From the IMG/VR virus record IMGVR_UViG_3300026257_000004: 64,000 nt of DNA; one strand, 5' to 3'. Made by a program: the position numbers and the translations under genes. The notes under the pieces are model-generated. The model had not been told where the DNA came from. It saw only the letters and a list, made by a program, of their open reading frames with translations, and did not search any database. Source of the DNA: an uncultured virus (IMG/VR IMGVR_UViG_3300026257_000004) (taxonomy: Duplodnaviria > Heunggongvirae > Uroviricota > Caudoviricetes). Shown here one piece after another: positions 57,431-64,000 of the stretch; position 1 is the first letter of the stretch; each line of letters opens with the position of its first letter.

Positions 57431-57745
57431 CTAAGTCGAAGTCACGTCCGCGCCAGATCCAATTTCAGTTTCCTCAGGGGTATCAGGCCGCCAACCTCCT
57501 GTCCAAATAAGTCGAGCAGCTTTGTTGAGACCGTCTCGATCCATGTTCCAGTTATTCATAACGGTTTCCAAATCTTCCTGTAGGTCATAGGCCCCAGGGA
57601 ATTTGTCGTACCGAATTATGAGGCGAGCGCATTCCGTGATGTCTTGCTTTTGCGGGTCCTCCACTGTCAGCAGGCGATCAACAATCTTCCTTTCTGCGTA
57701 GTAGAGGGGGTGATTCTGAAAAGTCTTCTGCTGCTGTGAATGCAT
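57431..57745 (-). CDS. DUF3288-like cyanobacterial protein
   Basis: HPLY...R..VD.LL...ARL.IRY..FPGA.D...DL. Confidence 0.75.
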   Translation of the reverse strand: MHSQQQKTFQNHPLYYAERKIVDRLLTVEDPQKQDITECARLIIRYDKFPGAYDLQEDLETVMNNWNMDRDGLNKAARLIWTGGWRPDTPEETEIGSGADVTST

Positions 57746-57807
57746 TGAACCTTCTCTTACACACAGAATGTAGCCGCTCGCTAGAGGATGCGCTGATCAG
57801 ACGCCAA

Positions 57808-58190
57808 CTAGTCAGGGTTTTCGGTGGCGTCTAGATCTACTAGTACACCTCATTTTCTCGAGATCCATTGCAGGGGGAGGGATCCGACGTTTCTAGTCAC
57901 GAAGGCGGGCTTTCCTTAACCTTTCTGGAGTTTTTTTCTCCCCCTTTGGTTTTTAAGGCTAACCGTCAACCTGAGCTAAGTATAAGGAGTCTGAATAGGG
58001 AGCAAAGATTAAGGGAGCGGAAGAGGAGGCACGCAACTTTCCCCAGAGAGGTTAAGGAAAGCATGCCTACTCGACTAGTTACATGAGACTCATTCCCTGC
58101 TAATCGATTAGAGCGAAGATAGGTGTCTATATTAAGACGCGCAAGAGAGAAGAGCAGAGAAGCAGCCATGAAAAAAGCGGCCCTGACTAG
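57808..58190. repeat. Nested inverted repeats; candidate replication origin
   Basis: 38-bp imperfect IR (57893-57930 / 58041-58078; GCTTTCCTTAACCT exact); outer 10-bp IR CTAGTCAGGG 57808 / CCCTGACTAG 58181. Confidence 0.6.
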
Positions 58191-58196
58191 AGCCGC
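58171..58196 (-). terminator. Intrinsic terminator after primase-helicase
   Basis: GCGGC stem followed by T6 on the minus strand. Confidence 0.6.
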
Positions 58197-58229
58197 ATGA
58201 TAAGTCTCAGATGATTATTAAGAGACTGT

Positions 58230-60632
58230 CTAATGTTGTCTCACCCAGGCACGATGTTGGGTGCCGTTATGGGTAACTCTCTTGGGTTTCCACCCCAATC
58301 TCTTCAGAGCGTCAGTGATCGGTCGAGTCATTGTGCTATGGCGCTCAATGCCAACTTCCATCTTCTCGAAGATCTCGTCAAGGAGCAGGAACTTGCCAAT
58401 CTCAAGGTTGCGAGCTCTCCAGGAATGCACGATGTATGGATTAGAGGCCAACAGTTTCTTCAGTCGCGCATCAACAGGGTTGTCTTTAGTGAAGCTGTCG
58501 ATGTAGCCAGAGATGTGGCTTAGCTCAGCACTGGAGAAGTTGTGTGTTGGCTCATCGAGATAGCTCTGATAGGCAGCAGCCCAGATTGAATCTCGGTCTC
58601 GTTTCAGCCTGTCGAGATCAATGATCTTCAGATTCGGATCCTCCTTAGATGGCACCTTGCCAACGACGACGATTGGCATGAAACGTCTATTACCTGTGGG
58701 GTCGCACAGGAAGTCAGGGCTGTTGGTTGCGCCTGCTAAGACGAATGAACGCGGGAAGTTCTTTTCGTTCTCATATTTTCTGGCACTGCGATCGACAGCA
58801 ACGCTCACGAGGTTCTTGAGTTCCTCTGTGTATTTTCTCGAGAAGTAGCGTTCTGCCTCGTCTAGTACGCAGATCCAACCGGAATGCAGTGCGTGAGGGC
58901 GGTCCTTGAGATATTCAATACCCTGCTGGATTGTTGACGCCCATGGATAGGTTCCAGGGTTGTTGTTGTCAGGAGGCGTCAAATATTGGAAGAACGTGGA
59001 TTTACCAGCGTTCTGCCCGCTAATAAGGATGGGCATCCAGTCATGTTTGCAGCCTGGGTTCATCACCCTGGCCACTGCACCCACAAGGAATCTCTTGATA
59101 ATGAGATTCGCTAGTAGCGTTTGACCGTCTGGCATGAGTGGATTCTGCAGATCATCAGCAGGCGTCCCTAGTAATTCGGTGGCGAGGTTATTGAAATAGC
59201 GACATGGAGTAGCCGATGACACGCAGTGCTCGAGGTATTGCTTGACCGGATGGAATCGCTGCTCATATCCCATGACGGAAGCGATGTCATAGACCAGCGT
59301 CTTATTGAATGGTGTGTTCCTTCCAGTCCAACCTTCTGGCCCTCTACGTTCTTTTGAGAGGTGGACGTATGTCGTGCTGATGTCATGGATCTGCTTTGGC
59401 TCCTTAAGCCCGCTATAGATCAGCTCCTGCGTCATGAGATTCAGGCGCAAGTTTGGATAAAGGACTCTGAGCCGTCTAGTGATTTCGTCAACGGTGTCCT
59501 CTTTATCTCCACCTCCTCGTTTTTGACGATTGCCTAATCTCGTTTGATCGGGTGGTTCATCAGATTGATCATCTTCGAGCTCAGCAGCGCTGATGATCTC
59601 TGGCTCTGCAGTTGAGCTCCCGCTAGCAGGTCTTTCAAGTGTGGCCACACTCGTATCAAACATGCTTGAGGTCGTCGCACCTTCTGAGGCGTATTCCTCC
59701 GGTTCTCCTATGAAGTCCTGCATGGTGTATCCAGCCACACCTTCAATCTGAATTCCCCATTGCCCAGAATTCCTTAGCTCTTCCGGGAGCTTCAATCTCC
59801 AGTCAGGGTCCTCCTCGTTCGCCATGTTGAAGAGAGCGCCAAGGCTGGTGCCTTGAAACGAGTAGAAGCATTTCTTGGATTGAGTGCGATAGGCGTTTTG
59901 CCCTGAGCCGTGGTGACCTCTTGACGCCCAGTCACACCACGTATCCCAGAGTGTGTCTCCTGCTGTCATGACGGCGGCAGTGACACGCTCGAATTTCTTG
60001 CGACCTCCTTCCGCCGATGGCTCGATAATTTGCTCAAGGACAAACCGAGCTCGCTGCAGCGTTAGGTCGTCGTAATCCTGCTCTGCACGACTGAAGTATT
60101 CCTTTGTCTCTCTTGCCGCTGTCTTGGCCGCGTCTAAATATTTCTGAGGCAGGACTGCATCCGGCTGCCAAAGAGGGCACTCGGCCTGGTCATTCCCGAA
60201 GAAGATTCGACAGAGGTCGCTACAAGAGTCATCTGCTCGGAGTTCTGTAATCAGCAATAAGAGCAGTTCTTTATAGATCCCGCTATCCGTGATCACCTCT
60301 GGTAGCCGGAACAGAACTCGGAAGTGATCGCGGCCATCTTTCCCATGGCTGGCCGTCGTGTAGACCCATGCTGCGTGTGAAGAAAGGGGATGCGTTTTGA
60401 ATTCTTCTAGGGATAAATTCTTATCGATATCAATACCAATTGTTTCAGATGATTTAAACGCTGCATTGCATCGATGATGAGAGGTCATCTCGGCGCAAAT
60501 GAAGGCACCACCATCCTCGACATGCCTTCGTATGTCTGCGATCTCGCCCGTAGCACCCTTCCAGTTAGAGCCGAAGCTGGACTGGAATGGTTGCTTATTA
60601 TGGATGGTCGGGTGGACGCTGTAAGAGATCAA
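58230..60632 (-). CDS. Primase-helicase (AEP-like N-terminus, PriCT-2-like, VirE/VapE SF3-type ATPase)
   Basis: IDID, YTTASH...FRVLF, D..RIFFG; GQNAGKST, LDE, DPTGNRRF. Confidence 0.88.
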   Translation of the reverse strand: MISYSVHPTIHNKQPFQSSFGSNWKGATGEIADIRRHVEDGGAFICAEMTSHHRCNAAFKSSETIGIDIDKNLSLEEFKTHPLSSHAAWVYTTASHGKDGRDHFRVLFRLPEVITDSGIYKELLLLLITELRADDSCSDLCRIFFGNDQAECPLWQPDAVLPQKYLDAAKTAARETKEYFSRAEQDYDDLTLQRARFVLEQIIEPSAEGGRKKFERVTAAVMTAGDTLWDTWCDWASRGHHGSGQNAYRTQSKKCFYSFQGTSLGALFNMANEEDPDWRLKLPEELRNSGQWGIQIEGVAGYTMQDFIGEPEEYASEGATTSSMFDTSVATLERPASGSSTAEPEIISAAELEDDQSDEPPDQTRLGNRQKRGGGDKEDTVDEITRRLRVLYPNLRLNLMTQELIYSGLKEPKQIHDISTTYVHLSKERRGPEGWTGRNTPFNKTLVYDIASVMGYEQRFHPVKQYLEHCVSSATPCRYFNNLATELLGTPADDLQNPLMPDGQTLLANLIIKRFLVGAVARVMNPGCKHDWMPILISGQNAGKSTFFQYLTPPDNNNPGTYPWASTIQQGIEYLKDRPHALHSGWICVLDEAERYFSRKYTEELKNLVSVAVDRSARKYENEKNFPRSFVLAGATNSPDFLCDPTGNRRFMPIVVVGKVPSKEDPNLKIIDLDRLKRDRDSIWAAAYQSYLDEPTHNFSSAELSHISGYIDSFTKDNPVDARLKKLLASNPYIVHSWRARNLEIGKFLLLDEIFEKMEVGIERHSTMTRPITDALKRLGWKPKRVTHNGTQHRAWVRQH

Positions 60633-60922
60633 CGGACTGAAAGAAAGGGGATATTTATCTAGTTTGCCAGTTCAGTCAAGGTGAGTTTCAAACGCAAGCC
60701 ATGGTGTGCATCGCCTTTGAGTCAGAAATTAACAAGCTATTTAGCGTGGGCTTTTATGCCTAGGCCCCTCTACTTGTCAAGCAAACGGTGCGATATAGAC
60801 ATTGGCCCATATCCAGTCGCATTAAGCATTTCTTCTCTATTAATCTGTCTTGCAAGCCACAAGACAAGGTGTATGGTTATAGCAGCCGTCCCTGTTGAGG
60901 TCTTTTGTTAAAGGAGGTAGAA

Positions 60923-61723
60923 ATGCCAACCAACCAAGACATCAGGCGCTCGTTTGATTTCCAAGATGAACCGGAGCAAGATTTCGTCCAGGAGCAGGTC
61001 GAGCGCGGAGATATCCCGAAGGATCAGGCGCAGTGCTACTACCATTTCCTTGCTGCCTTGAACCAGGCGCAGGTGGTGAACAATATGTCTCAGCGAGCCT
61101 TATGCGAACGCCTGAAGATATCAATAGGCACAATGACCAAATACAAAAGGGCGCAAGTCCATCCAATGAATGTCAAGAGCTATATCACTGAAGCCTTGGC
61201 AAATGTTCTTGGTATTTCGATGAATGAGCTATTTCATTTTTACAGAACAGGCTCTTACGAGACTCCTGCTGTCACCAAGGATCAAGTTTATGAGTGGCTC
61301 AAGTCAGAGGCTGGCCAAGAGGATCTAAAGGGAGCACTCCTTCTTTCGTCGGAGTCGCTAATCGCGCTTAACCCTGACAAAAGTGCTCCTGAGCAGGTGG
61401 CTGAAGAGCTCAGACTTGATATATCAGATGAGGAAGCTGCTGAATATGGTCGTCATCTAGCGGATGTCTTTAATAAGCATGGTCTTGAGTTGATGCTTAG
61501 TCGCCCTGAAGCGTGGAATGAACTCAAGGAGACGCATGCGTGCAGAAATGCTGAGGGAAAAATGCCTGGCTATACGGAAATATTTCAGAAGGTCATGGCT
61601 AGGCATATGGATTTAACAAAGGAGCATTACGTGAAGATCGTTACGGAGTTCGGATACTGCCCTGGTTTTAAGGCTCTGGAAGAATGGACTGGCCGTGTTT
61701 TACCAGAACTCAAGACAATCTGA
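60923..61723 (+). CDS. XRE-family HTH transcriptional regulator (possible repressor)
   Basis: MSQRALCERLKISIGTMTKY...LANVLGISMNEL; AAGGAGG RBS before ATG 60923. Confidence 0.75.
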   Translation: MPTNQDIRRSFDFQDEPEQDFVQEQVERGDIPKDQAQCYYHFLAALNQAQVVNNMSQRALCERLKISIGTMTKYKRAQVHPMNVKSYITEALANVLGISMNELFHFYRTGSYETPAVTKDQVYEWLKSEAGQEDLKGALLLSSESLIALNPDKSAPEQVAEELRLDISDEEAAEYGRHLADVFNKHGLELMLSRPEAWNELKETHACRNAEGKMPGYTEIFQKVMARHMDLTKEHYVKIVTEFGYCPGFKALEEWTGRVLPELKTI

Positions 61724-61744
61724 CAGCAGTAGTAGGTTGATGTA

Positions 61745-62551
61745 CTAAGATTTCTTTGATAGAGATTTCTTAGCGGACCTTGGAGAAGGCCCGCTTTTTC
61801 TTTGCTTTTTCGGCGGCTCCTCAGGCTCTCCCTTCTCTTTTAGTTCTTGGTATTGGCGCACACGCTGCAGCCATCGGACGTGGAATCTATCGAGTTCATC
61901 TCCATGTAAGAGGAAGCTTTGGTCAATCTCTGGAGTTGACACCAGTATCTGCGCGCAATCAATATGTATTCCAAGTGTTTCCTCGATCGCTAAGGAATAA
62001 GCAGCTAGCTGTAGTCCGCATTTATTGAGCTTGCTCCATCCAGTGAAATTCTGTCTGTTGTTCTCCTTTGGGAAGTAGCGACAGTAAGGTGAAGAGCTTG
62101 TCTTGAAATCCGCGAGGATTACAACATTATTTCTGACACCTACTAAATCAGGACAGCCGCAGAATCCATACTTGTGAGACCAGACGCGACTAATGCCATC
62201 GCTACCAACGCAGTGATCCCATTCATTCTTTAGTGGTTTTTCTGACCAGAGAAAATAATCGAACTTATCGAGATGCTTGGATAACCCGTTCCAATAAGGC
62301 AGGTATTCATCTGGCAGGTCAACAGGTAAGCCTCTGATGTAGTTCTCGCAGGCACCGTGGACAGCTGTCCCCCTGGCTGCTGCTTTCTCGAGTCCTCCTG
62401 GATTATTTTTTTGCCAATTGCTTAAAACCTTTTTGGAGTGTGCCGAGCTGGTTTTACCGAGGATGGAGGTCACGCTTGGATACGCCTTGTCTGGCATGTC
62501 TGTTCGGTAGAACCGCTCGCCATTCACCTCAAACCGCGTTGGCAGTGACAT
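61745..62551 (-). CDS. PD-(D/E)XK exonuclease
   Basis: YPSVTSIL, RGTAVH, G.PDL...ADFKTS, QLAAY. Confidence 0.88.
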   Translation of the reverse strand: MSLPTRFEVNGERFYRTDMPDKAYPSVTSILGKTSSAHSKKVLSNWQKNNPGGLEKAAARGTAVHGACENYIRGLPVDLPDEYLPYWNGLSKHLDKFDYFLWSEKPLKNEWDHCVGSDGISRVWSHKYGFCGCPDLVGVRNNVVILADFKTSSSPYCRYFPKENNRQNFTGWSKLNKCGLQLAAYSLAIEETLGIHIDCAQILVSTPEIDQSFLLHGDELDRFHVRWLQRVRQYQELKEKGEPEEPPKKQRKSGPSPRSAKKSLSKKS

Positions 62552-62624
62552 GAACGCCGTAGCTTTCAACTGAATGTAACCAGTTGAAATAGTGCAAGTG
62601 CTCAGAAATGCACGGCTAGCCAAT

Positions 62625-62648
62625 AAAAAACCACCCGATAAGGGTGGT
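62625..62648 (-). terminator. Intrinsic terminator
   Basis: ACCACCC/GGGTGGT stem followed by a T tract on the minus strand. Confidence 0.7.
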
Positions 62649-62655
62649 ATTCGTA

Positions 62656-63054
62656 TTAATAGCAGTAGTTAGTCTTCTTTTCTCGCGGTTTCCTGGGAAC
62701 TTTGGCCCTTTGATCGGCTTTGAATCGCCTGCGTTCGGAGACGTAAGTAATTGCCGTGGCTTTAAAAGCTTGGAATTCGTTGTCGGTGGGATTACTAAAG
62801 AGAGCAGTTCTTAACTCCAACTGGGAGTCAGAGAGAAGAACTTGTGCCGCTGCTTTGATTTCCTCTCGTGATAAAGCCCAGTACAGGAGGCGGGAGCCAC
62901 CTTCCTCTTGGATTACTTTTGTGAGGCTGTACGAGATACTGCCATTAGTAGGACGACAGCTATCAAGAGTAAGAACCTTGTAGCCGTAGTCATTTAGTAT
63001 TCGTTTCGCCTGTCCCATGGGTACATCTTTTCGGGGTGGCGCGGAACAGACCAT
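62656..63054 (-). CDS. Hypothetical protein
   Basis: ORF; start uncertain (63054 or 63018). Confidence 0.6.
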   Translation of the reverse strand: MVCSAPPRKDVPMGQAKRILNDYGYKVLTLDSCRPTNGSISYSLTKVIQEEGGSRLLYWALSREEIKAAAQVLLSDSQLELRTALFSNPTDNEFQAFKATAITYVSERRRFKADQRAKVPRKPREKKTNYCY

Positions 63055-63107
63055 AGCCGTGCAAGAAGTGGTAAGCAAGATTAGCTTTGTCTTGCAAGGC
63101 CTGGCAG

Positions 63108-63254
63108 TTATTTGCTGATCTTGTTCATAAATCTAGAAAAGAAGTCTTGACCACCTTCTTGGTTCTCCTGTTTATTGGAGGAATCAGATCCTTTGCTACT
63201 AAGCCAATTCATAAATCTCGAAAAGAAATCCCTTGGATGAGGATCAGCTGACAT
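63108..63254 (-). CDS. 48-aa protein with duplicated DFFSRFMN motif (not in track)
   Basis: MSADPHPRDFFSRFMNWLSSKGSDSSNKQENQEGGQDFFSRFMNKISK. Confidence 0.7.
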   Translation of the reverse strand: MSADPHPRDFFSRFMNWLSSKGSDSSNKQENQEGGQDFFSRFMNKISK

Positions 63255-63275
63255 CAATTTGTTGCAATTACTTGC

Positions 63276-63695
63276 CTATTCTGCCGATTTCTCCCAGGGA
63301 TCTTTCATGAATGCGAGGCTTTCGGCGATTAGATCCTTGCCGCTTTGTTCGCTCCTGTAGGCAGACAGTTCCTCTAGTACCGTCTTGGTTAGAAGGGTGC
63401 CGCCTTTCATCATCTCTTCCATTCCAATATTATCTTTTTTAAGTCTGTCGGCTAGGACCGGTGCCAGCATTGCGACGTAGGAACTGGTGAATGTGTCCGG
63501 CAAGTAACCGTTGAAGGATGCGCCGCCTGAGGTGAATCCATTCACTAGATAGGTGAGATCGCCCAGTTGAGCGCTTGTCTTTTGGGCTTGTTCGTTTAAG
63601 TCTTGAAGCAGCTTTGAGATTTTGACTAGCTCGGCAAGGACGAGTTGGTTGGACTCAAAGAGGGTTAGGTTTTCCTTTGGTGTCGTAGGGCTCAT
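63276..63695 (-). CDS. Hypothetical coiled-coil protein
   Basis: 139-aa ORF. Confidence 0.65.
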   Translation of the reverse strand: MSPTTPKENLTLFESNQLVLAELVKISKLLQDLNEQAQKTSAQLGDLTYLVNGFTSGGASFNGYLPDTFTSSYVAMLAPVLADRLKKDNIGMEEMMKGGTLLTKTVLEELSAYRSEQSGKDLIAESLAFMKDPWEKSAE

Positions 63696-63909
63696 GGATA
63701 ATGGTTGATCCAGAAAAGAAGCGGATTAGAGACAGTGCTGCCCTTTGTGCTGGAGATATCTTTTTCCATAGAGGAGCAATGTTCTCATATCCATATCGCT
63801 CGATAAGCGATTGAACATCTTGCTTTGTTTTAGCTGATTCGAGAGCCCGTAAGGCGGGGTCATTATCAGAGTTCAACGAGGAAGATTGAGATGGGGCTGG
63901 AGTCAACAT
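63655..63909 (-). CDS. Hypothetical protein
   Basis: 84-aa ORF. Confidence 0.55.
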   Translation of the reverse strand: MLTPAPSQSSSLNSDNDPALRALESAKTKQDVQSLIERYGYENIAPLWKKISPAQRAALSLIRFFSGSTIIHEPYDTKGKPNPL

Positions 63910-64000
63910 ACCTAGAGCTCTTGATTACGTTTGCTTCTTTGAGTTTTTCGATTGCATTGAAGTCGTGCTCTTCTGCTGGCCCTTCTCTGGTTTCGAGCGT

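Larger units (their letters stand above)
1..64000. mobile_element. Temperate cyanophage genome segment (free phage or prophage interior)
   Basis: Terminase, portal, capsid, lysins, fibres, integrase+AlpA, primase-helicase and psbA; no host gene synteny; integrase is internal and flanked by phage genes. Confidence 0.93.

Noticed and set aside
57868..58169. Two short ORFs in the origin candidate
   Set aside because: Antisense to each other across inverted repeats; biased composition
1..64000. hli, psbD, talC, DNA polymerase, RNA polymerase, tRNA and rRNA genes
   Set aside because: No matching motifs seen; they may lie outside the window, and very short genes could have been missed by eye

Overview
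The whole window is phage sequence (about 50% GC by eye), with no host rRNA, tRNA or housekeeping synteny. It looks like most of a temperate marine cyanophage. From memory it resembles the S-EIV1-related lineage, which needs a database check. Layout: a GCG-rich non-coding left end; putative internal-virion genes with an embedded PAPS-reductase-family gene; terminase, portal and scaffold (portal and scaffold overlap by 500 nt); psbA with a PhotoRC-II-like 5' pseudoknot; a GH24+M15 endolysin; a short CP12 gene missed by the ORF track; two tandem LAGLIDADG-like genes; an N4-gp56-like major capsid protein; virion genes built from an unrecognised ~40-aa repeat; LamG and glycine-rich tail fibre genes; a P4-type tyrosine integrase with arm-like repeats and an AlpA excisionase; nblA overlapping an HNH gene; degenerate Dam-like and ThyX-like genes beside a dATP/dGTP diphosphohydrolase; an island of exported/membrane proteins; three tandem paralogues; dCMP deaminase; a nested inverted-repeat origin candidate beside a primase-helicase; an XRE regulator; and an exonuclease. 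The main highlight is an apparently intact lysogeny module on the same genome as three photosynthesis-manipulating genes (psbA, cp12, nblA). All family assignments come from motif recognition by eye, not from searches.
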